Below, piece after piece: positions 29,094 through 38,216 of a DNA stretch of 64,000 bases. Position numbers and translations under genes: made by a program. Under the pieces are notes generated by a model. That model saw only the letters and a program-made list of their open reading frames with translations, was not told where the DNA came from and searched no databases. Positions within the stretch are counted from its first letter, which is position 1. Every line of letters begins with the position of its first letter. The DNA is taken from the sequence record NC_062582.1. One strand, 5' to 3'.

Positions 29094-29517
29094 GTTAATC
29101 GTAGAGTACCTTGAAACCCTACCGGAGCCTTACTGGTTTCATCGCGACAAGATAAACAGCAAACCTACAGCGGGTACAAATAAAGCCGATTACTATTTCA
29201 TGGGTAATCGGCAGATGCCTGCTGAACTTAGAGATGTACTTATGGCTCTGGCTCCAACGATCGATAAGTACAAGCCTAAAGAGATCTGTTTAAACCGCTA
29301 TGAGATCGGTACAGGGATGCCTGAGCATGTAGACATCGCGATGTACCGCCACAACATGGTATTACCTCTGTGTGACCTTGGAGATGGCTTGCTGGTAGGC
29401 GATAAGTTCTACAAAGACAATCCTGGCTCCGGCTTAATCATGCCCTTCAAATCACCGCCCCATCAGGTACCCCCTGTAAAACACAGGCGCTATACTTTAA
29501 TCTATCTTTATGAGTAA
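29062..29517 (+). CDS. 2OG-Fe(II) dioxygenase (AlkB/prolyl-hydroxylase-type DSBH fold)
   Basis: LNRY..G..PEHVD (HxD), distal H in PPHQV, R in RRYTL; start uncertain (track start 28858). Confidence 0.8.
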   Translation: MVDAFSGQIAKLIVEYLETLPEPYWFHRDKINSKPTAGTNKADYYFMGNRQMPAELRDVLMALAPTIDKYKPKEICLNRYEIGTGMPEHVDIAMYRHNMVLPLCDLGDGLLVGDKFYKDNPGSGLIMPFKSPPHQVPPVKHRRYTLIYLYE

Positions 29518-29523
29518 ATAACC

Positions 29524-30012
29524 ATGTATAAAAGATACGATAAACTTACAACTGAAGAATTTGAGAGTCTTGTAGCCTTAAGTAAAGAAGTAACATTCAA
29601 AGAAGCTAAAGGCTCTCGTGTACGTGTTGGTGCTAATGCTCCAAAGATAATGAGCGTATACAACTATTCTAAATGGTTTACGTGGAAAGCAAAACAGCGT
29701 GATCTATTTAAAACATTCTTTCCTGCACAGGCCATTGAGAAAGCTACCCAAGGTTGGTTTCTTGAAATCCCTGAGAATAAAGGTTTTCTAGACACGATGA
29801 CATATTGGGTAGGTAAACCTACTAGCGGTCGTGTTATTGCTACAGCACTTAAAACACAAAGTATCATAATTGATGATGAATCTGTCCGTGTAAAGAAAGG
29901 CGAACAGATCGGCTTCAGTTTGGAAAGTGTCCATTCAATCAAACCTTCGGCTGAAGGTCAGCTTTGGGCTTGTGTGATGATTCGCGGTTGCTACAACAAA
30001 GTAAGCGATTAA
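29524..30012 (+). CDS. Degenerate 2OG-Fe(II)/cupin-fold protein
   Basis: WFLEIP..GFLDTM..FSLESVHSI layout parallels the upstream gene; first His of HxD absent. Confidence 0.5.
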   Translation: MYKRYDKLTTEEFESLVALSKEVTFKEAKGSRVRVGANAPKIMSVYNYSKWFTWKAKQRDLFKTFFPAQAIEKATQGWFLEIPENKGFLDTMTYWVGKPTSGRVIATALKTQSIIIDDESVRVKKGEQIGFSLESVHSIKPSAEGQLWACVMIRGCYNKVSD

Positions 30013-30061
30013 CTGCACAATCTTACAATGGTATTTGTAAACCCTCCCTAAGGAAATTGAC

Positions 30062-30967
30062 ATGGCTGATCCAGTTCCAAATCCAATTGACCAACAACTT
30101 ATCAACGTTGTTCGGACTTGCTATTCCGCAGCACTGCAAACAACTAAGTATCTCGGACTTACACCGTTCGTTATGCTTGAGAACACAACCCTTAACCAAA
30201 AGTACGGTATTCAAAATGGCGTAGCTCCAGCTGCTGGCGAGATGCCAAACGTACGATACATGGTTATTGGTAACATGGGTCACTACACCATCAAAGCTTC
30301 TGATGGTTCTGATGAAACAGCAAACGTACTGCATCGCTCTAATGACGCTGCTTTGTATAACGGTATTCCTTTCGTGGTTCGTGAACCAACTAATGATTTA
30401 CCTGCTGATCGTCGTGACCTGTATTGCCTGCGTACACAAGAAACTTATTTCGGTAAACCTTACATCGTTTATTATGGTCGTCGTATTTCGATGACTGGTG
30501 TTCGTCCACAACTGTTGGAAATCACCGTAGTAGATGGTGTAATCCAAACCGATACTTACACCCCGACCGTTAACGACTTGAACCCTAAGCCACCAGCTAT
30601 TCCAAATACTGGTACTGTAATCGGTTCTAACAAAACTATCTCAGCTTCTGCTATCGTTAAGGTTAACTTGACTGCTGAAGAAATCCGTGAGATTACTAAC
30701 GGTCACCGTATCCGTACTAACTCTAACCGTTCTCCGATCATCTCGGAAATTGGTTTGTGTTCTGGTGTAGACAAGCGTGTCAACGCACCTAGTTCGGGCG
30801 GCCCTGCTTTCCAATACCTGGAAGTTATCGCTTGCCAAGTGAACGTGTTCATCTCTACTAACCATCCAATCGGTTACAACTCGAACGGTCTTAACCTGAC
30901 CTTTGATATCGGTGGTGTGGAACCTACCTTGGGCTCCAATGCGGTGAACCAAGCTAAGTTTGTATAA
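30062..30967 (+). CDS. Baseplate structural protein (phiKZ gp139-like)
   Basis: [20 protein letters not shown] and [12 protein letters not shown] motifs. Confidence 0.7.
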   Translation: MADPVPNPIDQQLINVVRTCYSAALQTTKYLGLTPFVMLENTTLNQKYGIQNGVAPAAGEMPNVRYMVIGNMGHYTIKASDGSDETANVLHRSNDAALYNGIPFVVREPTNDLPADRRDLYCLRTQETYFGKPYIVYYGRRISMTGVRPQLLEITVVDGVIQTDTYTPTVNDLNPKPPAIPNTGTVIGSNKTISASAIVKVNLTAEEIREITNGHRIRTNSNRSPIISEIGLCSGVDKRVNAPSSGGPAFQYLEVIACQVNVFISTNHPIGYNSNGLNLTFDIGGVEPTLGSNAVNQAKFV

Positions 30968-30978
30968 GGACATGAATT

Positions 30979-31542
30979 ATGTTGGTGATGCCTAAAAGTA
31001 AACAAGCTTTTAGAGTCGCTGGATTTGACCCTGGGTCTTCAAACCTGGGGTTTAGTTTAGTAGAGGATACTCTAGACGGAAAACCTTCAATCGTAAAAGA
31101 ATCATTTACCGTAAAGTTGAAGGACACCCAGTTTGGGTATGCAAACATCGGAGACCAACATGGTAGTCGCGTAGTCAGATTAATGATCATGCATGACGAG
31201 GTGTTGAATCTGCTTCGTAAGCATAGACCACACGCAGTTGTAATCGAATCTAACTACTTAGGTAAGTTCGCAACTAGTTTCGCAGCGCTTGTAGAATGTG
31301 TGTTTATCATACGACAAGCAGTTTATACCTACGATCCTTACATGCAGCTTTACATGGTAGATCCTACCACAGTGAAACTGAATACAGGGATGAAGAAGGT
31401 CAAAGGTACTGACAAAGAAGACGTTAGACGTCACCTCAGAGCTTGTGAGGATCTAGAATGGGAAGTAGATATCGATACGTTAGATGAACACAGTGTCGAT
31501 GCTTCGGCCATCGCTTATTACTATATCAAACAACTCTTGTAG
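30979..31542 (+). CDS. ruvC: RuvC-like Holliday junction resolvase
   Basis: GFDPGSSNLG, VVIES, PTTVK..G..KEDV, EHSVDASAIA acidic catalytic motifs. Confidence 0.85.
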   Translation: MLVMPKSKQAFRVAGFDPGSSNLGFSLVEDTLDGKPSIVKESFTVKLKDTQFGYANIGDQHGSRVVRLMIMHDEVLNLLRKHRPHAVVIESNYLGKFATSFAALVECVFIIRQAVYTYDPYMQLYMVDPTTVKLNTGMKKVKGTDKEDVRRHLRACEDLEWEVDIDTLDEHSVDASAIAYYYIKQLL

Positions 31543-31547
31543 AGGCT

Positions 31548-31988
31548 ATGATGCTTAACATCAAAATATGGCTCTTCTTAGGTATACTCGCTATTGGCTT
31601 GGGAGGTTTTGCTTTCCACCAATATAAATCTACGTTGATCGAGAATGGCAGTTTAACTAATCAGAATGTAACTCTAACTGAAAACTCAGAGTACAAAGAT
31701 TGGTCAGCTGCCATTACTGATAAGGTGGTGAAAGAATATGTTCAAGAAAAGACCCAAACAACAATAGAAAACGAACATGTCCGTAAAGAGGCTATCGATG
31801 AGTTTATTAAAGATAGTGAAACAAAAGGTCCTACTGGTAAAGTCATCTCTGATGATGATGACCTTGCTCGTGTTGCTAAGCTCGCTAAGCGCATGCACGA
31901 CTACTACTGTAGTGCCAGCCCCGAAGACGTACGATGCAATACCGTCAACACTTCTCCTCCCGTGTCTAAAGTCTTACCCTCCAACTGA
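31548..31988 (+). CDS. Inner-membrane spanin (Rz-like)
   Basis: N-terminal TM helix plus helical periplasmic domain with C-terminal Cys; overlapped by a lipoprotein gene. Confidence 0.75.
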   Translation: MMLNIKIWLFLGILAIGLGGFAFHQYKSTLIENGSLTNQNVTLTENSEYKDWSAAITDKVVKEYVQEKTQTTIENEHVRKEAIDEFIKDSETKGPTGKVISDDDDLARVAKLAKRMHDYYCSASPEDVRCNTVNTSPPVSKVLPSN

Positions 31989-32184
31989 AGAAGAACTGAA
32001 GAGTGCCCTTACGGTTTATCCAACTGCGAGAGATGACAAGGAAGCCCGATTATTGATGATGGCCGATGCATGGTTTGTACAAACTGGCAATGTCATTAAC
32101 TGTAATAAACAGATAAAGAAAATCTTTGAATGGAACTCTCAACATTTGGAGAATCGACATGACACTGGAAGACACTCTAACTGA
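31816..32184 (+). CDS. Outer-membrane spanin lipoprotein (Rz1-like)
   Basis: Lipobox LLSSLSA-C; overlaps the i-spanin 3' half in another frame; start GTG 31816 or ATG 31852. Confidence 0.75.
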   Translation: MKQKVLLVKSSLMMMTLLVLLSSLSACTTTTVVPAPKTYDAIPSTLLLPCLKSYPPTEEELKSALTVYPTARDDKEARLLMMADAWFVQTGNVINCNKQIKKIFEWNSQHLENRHDTGRHSN

Positions 32185-32563
32185 TTTAGGTAATGCTACC
32201 TTTTCAACCGTGTTGAACTATCGTGCCGTTTTAGCATACGTGAATGCCTGCTTTACAAAAGCGGGTTTGCCACACGTAACTGGAGATACGCCAAGCGATC
32301 AGGTCTTAGAACAGATCTATGCAATGGCGGATGTAGACTTACAAACAGCTTTGCTCGCTAGGCCCCTGAAGGATCAGAAACCCGATAACAAATTTAAGAA
32401 AGTACTGGTTACATCCGGTATCTTGATTAGTGTCTTGCTCACTGTTGTTGTCCTATTGAGTATACTAGGTCACGGAATGATTACACCCGAAGTAATGGAA
32501 ATTTTAAAAGAAGTTGCTAGTGGTGTATTCGAAGTGATTAAATTGCTGATTGGTAAAACCTAA
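32159..32563 (+). CDS. Holin candidate (membrane protein)
   Basis: TM segment VLVTSGILISVLLTVVVLLSIL plus amphipathic tail; between spanins and endolysin. Confidence 0.5.
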   Translation: MTLEDTLTDLGNATFSTVLNYRAVLAYVNACFTKAGLPHVTGDTPSDQVLEQIYAMADVDLQTALLARPLKDQKPDNKFKKVLVTSGILISVLLTVVVLLSILGHGMITPEVMEILKEVASGVFEVIKLLIGKT

Positions 32564-32607
32564 AAACAAACATACTTCCTCTCCTAACAAGGAGAGGATT
32601 TATAATG

Positions 32608-32617
32608 CTATGTAGAC
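32608..32617 (+). promoter_or_regulatory. Putative late promoter CTATGTAGAC
   Basis: Identical to 3313-3322; follows a cctctcct/aggagagg hairpin. Confidence 0.5.
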
Positions 32618-32657
32618 TAAGTAAGTTTTTTACATAAGTCATAACAGAGGACTTAAC

Positions 32658-33191
32658 ATGAGCGATCGTTTTCCGTACAACATGCCCTCACGGGCAGCGC
32701 TTGTAAAATTGGTTCGCGAAGATCAAAACAAACCTGAGTTGAAAGACCAAGACGTTACGTTTGAAGACATTTTCTTTTCACCGACCGAATTAGAACCTGG
32801 TCGTACCTTTATTGAGATGATTGATCGGATTACACAAATCAAAGATTGGTTTGTTTATCGCCGTTTGAATTTGTCAGACCCTGCTTGCTTGGGTCCACTC
32901 GTATCGATTAAAATTATTGGTGATCCATCTCCAGCAGCCATTGCAAAAGAGATCAACCGTTCCTTTGGGATGACGTTCGGCCCAGATGACGTTTCGTTCT
33001 CTGATGAATACATCCCGGTAAGTAACGGCGAGTTTGAATACGAACTACGTGCCTTGACTGGTAGCTATGCTTACTTCGGTAAGACCAGAGTTATGGTAAA
33101 GGTTATACAGAGTTCCCGTTGGACGCGATTCCTTGAAGATGGACGAATTCGTTATCTCGAAGATGGTATTCCTCGTGAACTGGAACATTGA
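32658..33191 (+). CDS. Virion structural protein with a C-terminal RxLEDG repeat
   Basis: FVYRRLNL motif; ends RFLEDGRIRYLEDGIPRELEH. Confidence 0.7.
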   Translation: MSDRFPYNMPSRAALVKLVREDQNKPELKDQDVTFEDIFFSPTELEPGRTFIEMIDRITQIKDWFVYRRLNLSDPACLGPLVSIKIIGDPSPAAIAKEINRSFGMTFGPDDVSFSDEYIPVSNGEFEYELRALTGSYAYFGKTRVMVKVIQSSRWTRFLEDGRIRYLEDGIPRELEH

Positions 33192-33201
33192 TAGGTGACA
33201 T

Positions 33202-34014
33202 ATGTCGACACTACTCTTAAAAGGATCAAAAGGTCCTGAAGTACTAGCTTTACAGAATAAACTGGTGAAGCTCGGCTACGACCTTAAACCAGATGGAGAC
33301 TTTGGTAAGATTACTTACGACGCGATTGTGGATTTCCAAACTAAGGCAGGTATTGGTATTGATGGTAAAGTAGGCAACGGTACCATGGGTGCAATTGATG
33401 CTAAACTGAATACGCAGTCTGGTCCAGTTGTAGATACACAATCTAAATTAACAGAAGCTGATTATGTCTGGGCTGCCCAACAATTAAATGTTGAAGTAGC
33501 TGCCATCAAAGCAGTTAGTGAAGTTGAATCTCCTAAAGGTGCATTCCTTGCAGATGGTCGACCACCTATTCTGTACGAACGCCACATTATGCGTCGTAGA
33601 TTGTTACTAAGAAATATCGATCCTGTACCATTTATTGCCAAGTACCCTGATCTAGTTAATACTGCAACAGGTGGTTATCTTGGAGGTACAAAAGAATATG
33701 AGCGTTTAGATAGAGCCATCACAATTGATCGTGACTCGGCGCTAGAATCTTGTTCATGGGGAGCTTACCAGATTCTTGGACAACATTGGAAAGCCATTGG
33801 TTATAACAATGTTTCTGAATTCGTTACAGCTATGTCCACTTCTGCACGTGGACAATTAGAAGTGTTTGTACGCTTTATCAAAATAGACCCAGGTTTGAAC
33901 AAGGCTTTACGCAATAAAGACTGGACCGACTTCGCTGCTCGTTATAACGGGCCAAATTACGCTATAAACAAATACGACGCGAAATTAAATACCGCGTATC
34001 TTAAATATAGCTGA
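33202..34014 (+). CDS. Modular endolysin: peptidoglycan-binding domain plus N-acetylmuramidase (DUF3380-type)
   Basis: PG_binding_1-like LQNKL..DGDFG..T..FQ..DGKVG; AVSEVES, ILYERH, SWGAYQILG, FAARYNGP. Confidence 0.9.
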   Translation: MSTLLLKGSKGPEVLALQNKLVKLGYDLKPDGDFGKITYDAIVDFQTKAGIGIDGKVGNGTMGAIDAKLNTQSGPVVDTQSKLTEADYVWAAQQLNVEVAAIKAVSEVESPKGAFLADGRPPILYERHIMRRRLLLRNIDPVPFIAKYPDLVNTATGGYLGGTKEYERLDRAITIDRDSALESCSWGAYQILGQHWKAIGYNNVSEFVTAMSTSARGQLEVFVRFIKIDPGLNKALRNKDWTDFAARYNGPNYAINKYDAKLNTAYLKYS

Positions 34015-34100
34015 GTCATAGTAGAGTACATTACTCTATGAGTCTTAAAATAGTAAGACACACCGGTGTGTAACATTACTTTTAAAAAAGGAATACAAAG

Positions 34101-37100
34101 ATGGCTGATCCAGTCGATCCTAAAGATGCAGGTAAAATTTCCCACTTACCACCACTGTCGATTGTGACAGGTGATGAGTTGATGGAAGTTGTTGCTCGCG
34201 ACCAATTTGGTGTTCTTAAGAACTACCGTTTATTGATTAGCAAAATCCGTACGAACCAAGGTTTGTCTGCTTATGAAGTAGCAGTTAAGAATGGTTTCCA
34301 AGGCACCGAAACAGAATGGCTTGCTTCCCTGCATGGTCAATCAGCTTATCAGCTGGCTGTGTCTCTTGGCTTCGTTGGTACAGAACAAGAATTCCTGGAT
34401 TCGTTAGTTGGTCCAGGTGCTTATGAAACTGCTGTAGAGTTGGGTTTCACAGGTACTAAACAAGAATGGCTGGATTCGATGAAAGGTCAGTCCTCTTATC
34501 AACTGGCTAAACAACTGGGTTTCGAAGGTACTGAAGCCGAGTTCATTGAATCCCTGCATGGTGAGTCCGCTTACCAAACTTGGTTGAAACTCCCAGGCAA
34601 CGCTGGCAAAACCGAAGCACAATTCATTGCGTCCATTAAGGGCGAGAAAGGTGATAAAGGTGAAGTTGGTGAACAAGGCCCTCCTGGCGCCAAAGGCGAT
34701 AAAGGAGACAAGGGTGATACCGGCGCAGCTGGTGAACAAGGTATCCAAGGCGTAAAAGGTGATACCGGCGCCAAAGGCGATAAGGGTGACAAAGGGGATA
34801 CTGGCGATGCTGGTCCTCAAGGCATTCAGGGCCTTAAAGGAGACAAAGGCGATAAGGGTGACACCGGTGAAGAAGGCCCAGAGGGTCCTCAAGGTGTGAA
34901 AGGGGATAAGGGCGACAAAGGCGATATCGGTGCACCCGGTAAATTCGTTAACGTCATCGACACCGTAACCCGTGAAGACTTTGAAGAAAACATCTTCCCA
35001 CTCACTACCCACAAAATCGGCGATGCTTGGTTTGTAACCGATAACGAATCCACTGTATTGTGGATGTGGACTTACGGTGAAGGTGGTATCGGTGGTCGTT
35101 GGGAAAGCTCTGACAACCTGCGCGGACCATCGGGTACCGGTCTTGTTATCAAAGGTAAGTGGCCTGATGCCATTGCTCTTCCAGTTAGTAACGCCCTGAA
35201 AGGTGATACCTACGCTTGGAAGAACGCTCTTTGGACTTACATGCTCAAAGAAGGTCAGACCGAAGAAATCCCTGCTAACATGGCATATTTCCAGATCGTA
35301 CCAGAAGGTCCTAAAGGCGATCAGGGTATCCAAGGTATTCAGGGTCCTAAAGGTGACAAGGGCGATACTGGTGCAACCGGTCCTGCTCGCGCGGCTTACT
35401 CCGTCGTTGGTGAACTGGCTAGCCCAGATGACTTGCCTTCTATCGCCAACGCCAAACCGGATGAAGCTTACGTTGTAACCGTTCTTGATGGTTCGAAGCA
35501 TCTCTACGTGTTTAAAGCTAGTGCTCCACAAGCTTGGATCGACACTGGTCCTATCACCGGTCCTAAAGGTGATAAAGGGGATCGTGGCGAACAAGGTATT
35601 CAGGGTCTGCAAGGTGCACCTGGTGCAAAAGGCGACACTGGTGAGAAAGGCGAAGAAGGTCCAGCTGGCCCTAAAGGGGACAAGGGAGACCAAGGCGAAC
35701 AGGGTGAGAAGGGCGATCCTGGTAAAGACGGTACTAACGTTGAAATCGCTGACGCATACGATACCTTAGCTCTGCTTGAAGCAGCCACTCTTACTGTAGG
35801 TAAAGCCTATGGTGTTCGTGACACTAGTACTCTGTACTACGTTAAAGCATTGCCCGCTACTGTACTCAACGGTAACCTGATTGACCTTGGCGAGTTCAAG
35901 GGTGAGAAAGGTGCTGATGGTGCGCAGGGTCCTGAAGGACCAAAAGGCGAACAGGGCGAGAAAGGTGACACTGGCGCCGGTCTCGTAATCAGTGGTACTA
36001 AAGCTAACCAAGCTGAAATCGAAGCCATTGTTGGTCCGGTTGAACAAGAAGCATGGGAAGCACTGGATACTAGCCATGTATTCATCTTCGTTAAAGGCGC
36101 GTGGGTTGACTTAGGTCCTCTGCGTGGCGAAAAGGGTGAACAAGGCGAACAGGGTCCTGAAGGACCAAAAGGCGATAAGGGTGATACTGGTTCTCAAGGT
36201 ATCCAAGGTCTTGCCGGCGCCAAAGGCGATAAAGGAGACAAGGGTGATACTGGTCCTCAAGGACCAAAAGGTGACACTGGTGAGAAAGGCGACCAGGGTG
36301 ATCCAGGTGCTGGTCTTGAAACCATTGGTAGTTACCCAACCATCTCCAATGCTCCTGCTGCCTCCGCCGCTAACAAAGGCAAAGCCGTTAACACTGATGA
36401 CCAAGGTCTCTACATTAACATCTCAGGTACCGAGTGGGTAAACATCGGCCCTGCTGGTGCTCCAGGTCCTCGTGGTCCTAAGGGTGATCGTGGTTCGGAG
36501 TGGTTGATCTGGCTGGACGGCATGACTGATCCAAACAGCAACCCTAACTTCGGTCAAGCTGGTGACTGGGTAATGGACCCTACTGGTTGGGCATGGAACA
36601 AACAATCCACTACCTGGACTAAGGTGTATCAGTACTTCGCTGCTGGTGTACAAGAAGTTCCTACCGAAGACCTGAACAAGAAGATGGTTCGGTTCAATGG
36701 TGGTTGGATCGTATTGCCTGTTGATGCTCCAGTAGCTAACGCTGCTGCTGTCGGCAAGAAATACGTTTGGTCTGTTACCGCTGTTGACGTTGGTGGCTGG
36801 GTAGAACAAGCTGACACTACTTTCCCAGAACCTCCTGCCGATGGCAAGCGTTACGGTCGTCTTCGTGCGGTCGATGCCACTGTTGGTGGTTGGTCGGAAA
36901 TCCCAGCTGCCGGCATCGCTGATCTGACTGGTGCTACTGTTGCTAAGTTCTATGTACGTGAAGCCTTAACGGCAACATCTGGTAAGTGGACTGAGTTCAC
37001 TCCAGGTATCGCTGCTCCGACTGACCCTACTGGTCTGAAGAAGTACATCCGTACTGCTACTGCATGGGAAGAGTTTAACGTCTACACCCTGTCGGTGCAA

Positions 37101-37442
37101 GCAGTTCCTGTAGCTGCTGGTACTACCGCAGTTGACCTGCGAACTAACCAAGTTGTTCTGGTTGACCACACTACTAACACTAACAAAGTTATCAACTTTA
37201 CTAACCCACCAGCTACTGGCCGGGCACAGACTGTTGTAGCTATTGTACGTGGTAATGGTGCTGCTGCTGGTACAATCACATTCCAACTTAACGGTGCTGC
37301 CGTAGAGTGGAACGGTGATACTGCTCCGACAATGGGCGTTGGTAAGAACGTCATCACTTTCCTGGTTACAACTACTGGATCGGGTGGTACTCTTGCATCG
37401 TTTGCTATCGGTTCTGTTGGTGCACAAACTGGTACTGCTTAA
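34101..37442 (+). CDS. Collagen-like fibre protein
   Basis: Five SAY-type repeats, several Gly-X-Y tracts separated by ~50-aa globular repeats, foldon-like repeats, fibre-type C-terminal domain. Confidence 0.9.
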   Translation: MADPVDPKDAGKISHLPPLSIVTGDELMEVVARDQFGVLKNYRLLISKIRTNQGLSAYEVAVKNGFQGTETEWLASLHGQSAYQLAVSLGFVGTEQEFLDSLVGPGAYETAVELGFTGTKQEWLDSMKGQSSYQLAKQLGFEGTEAEFIESLHGESAYQTWLKLPGNAGKTEAQFIASIKGEKGDKGEVGEQGPPGAKGDKGDKGDTGAAGEQGIQGVKGDTGAKGDKGDKGDTGDAGPQGIQGLKGDKGDKGDTGEEGPEGPQGVKGDKGDKGDIGAPGKFVNVIDTVTREDFEENIFPLTTHKIGDAWFVTDNESTVLWMWTYGEGGIGGRWESSDNLRGPSGTGLVIKGKWPDAIALPVSNALKGDTYAWKNALWTYMLKEGQTEEIPANMAYFQIVPEGPKGDQGIQGIQGPKGDKGDTGATGPARAAYSVVGELASPDDLPSIANAKPDEAYVVTVLDGSKHLYVFKASAPQAWIDTGPITGPKGDKGDRGEQGIQGLQGAPGAKGDTGEKGEEGPAGPKGDKGDQGEQGEKGDPGKDGTNVEIADAYDTLALLEAATLTVGKAYGVRDTSTLYYVKALPATVLNGNLIDLGEFKGEKGADGAQGPEGPKGEQGEKGDTGAGLVISGTKANQAEIEAIVGPVEQEAWEALDTSHVFIFVKGAWVDLGPLRGEKGEQGEQGPEGPKGDKGDTGSQGIQGLAGAKGDKGDKGDTGPQGPKGDTGEKGDQGDPGAGLETIGSYPTISNAPAASAANKGKAVNTDDQGLYINISGTEWVNIGPAGAPGPRGPKGDRGSEWLIWLDGMTDPNSNPNFGQAGDWVMDPTGWAWNKQSTTWTKVYQYFAAGVQEVPTEDLNKKMVRFNGGWIVLPVDAPVANAAAVGKKYVWSVTAVDVGGWVEQADTTFPEPPADGKRYGRLRAVDATVGGWSEIPAAGIADLTGATVAKFYVREALTATSGKWTEFTPGIAAPTDPTGLKKYIRTATAWEEFNVYTLSVQAVPVAAGTTAVDLRTNQVVLVDHTTNTNKVINFTNPPATGRAQTVVAIVRGNGAAAGTITFQLNGAAVEWNGDTAPTMGVGKNVITFLVTTTGSGGTLASFAIGSVGAQTGTA
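34686..34720 (+). repeat. Exact 35-nt intragenic repeat, second copy at 36216-36250
   Basis: ggcgccaaaggcgataaaggagacaagggtgatac occurs twice in the collagen gene. Confidence 0.8.
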
Positions 37443-37449
37443 TAGCTAA

Positions 37450-37490
37450 ACGGCATAAACGCCTCTCCTTCGGGAGAGGCTTTATGTTGT
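37450..37490. terminator. Bidirectional terminator
   Basis: acggcataaac-gcctctcc-TTCG-ggagaggc-tttatgttgt. Confidence 0.8.
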
Positions 37491-38216
37491 CTATTGCTTT
37501 AAAGCTAATTTAGCCATACTGAAATAACGTGCATCAATAAATTCAAAATCCATATGAATTAATTTAAATGCACGGAATACATCGATCTCGGTTTTCTTTT
37601 CATCAATGCTGGCTTTAGATACATCGTGCTCAAAGATACGTGGACTGATGAAGTTAAAGTCATTCATACGCGCTTGCGCTAATGCTTCGTTATGCATCTT
37701 AATCCAGTCAATGAAACTGTAGGTAATAATAGCTGCAAAGTGTTTATCCAAGAACATGGGAGTAATTTCTTCCATGGGGACGTTTACAACTTCAATGTGC
37801 GTACTGCTACCAAATAAATATTCTGCGATATCACGCATGTCTTCTATTTCGTCAAGGCTTAATGCATAAGGCCATGTATTAACAGTAACACCTACGTCAT
37901 CAAGTTCTTCGCCCATCAGGTTAGCGCGGTTGACTAAGTCCTCTGCAAGGATACGCATAACGAAAGGATAGATACCCGAGATAACAGAACCATTCAATAC
38001 GTCGGCAGAGTTATTACCTCCACGAGATTTCCAGGCTTCTGTAAATTGTTCTTGGGTAATCAGGCCATCGGTTAAGACATCCCAGAAATCGTTCTCACGT
38101 TCCCAGTATCTTTCAGACGAGATAAGACGCTTAGCCGCTTCAGGTGAGATAGTGTTAATAACTCCCAGACGTGTATCTAGAAGTGTATCTAGGTCAATGA
38201 AAATACGTTTAAGCAT
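37491..38216 (-). CDS. Conserved hypothetical protein with an N-terminal HAD-like DxD motif
   Basis: MLKRIFIDLDTLLDTR; GGAG RBS before ATG 38216. Confidence 0.6.
   Translation of the reverse strand: MLKRIFIDLDTLLDTRLGVINTISPEAAKRLISSERYWERENDFWDVLTDGLITQEQFTEAWKSRGGNNSADVLNGSVISGIYPFVMRILAEDLVNRANLMGEELDDVGVTVNTWPYALSLDEIEDMRDIAEYLFGSSTHIEVVNVPMEEITPMFLDKHFAAIITYSFIDWIKMHNEALAQARMNDFNFISPRIFEHDVSKASIDEKKTEIDVFRAFKLIHMDFEFIDARYFSMAKLALKQ

Noticed and set aside
34640-36500. Repeated GGTGATAAAGG/GGCGACAAAGG-type DNA units as a possible CRISPR or tandem array
   Set aside because: They encode collagen triplets in frame; no constant repeat with unique spacers
34404-36850. Several antisense and alternate-frame ORFs within the collagen gene
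   Set aside because: Produced by the Gly-X-Y periodicity, which suppresses stops in other frames
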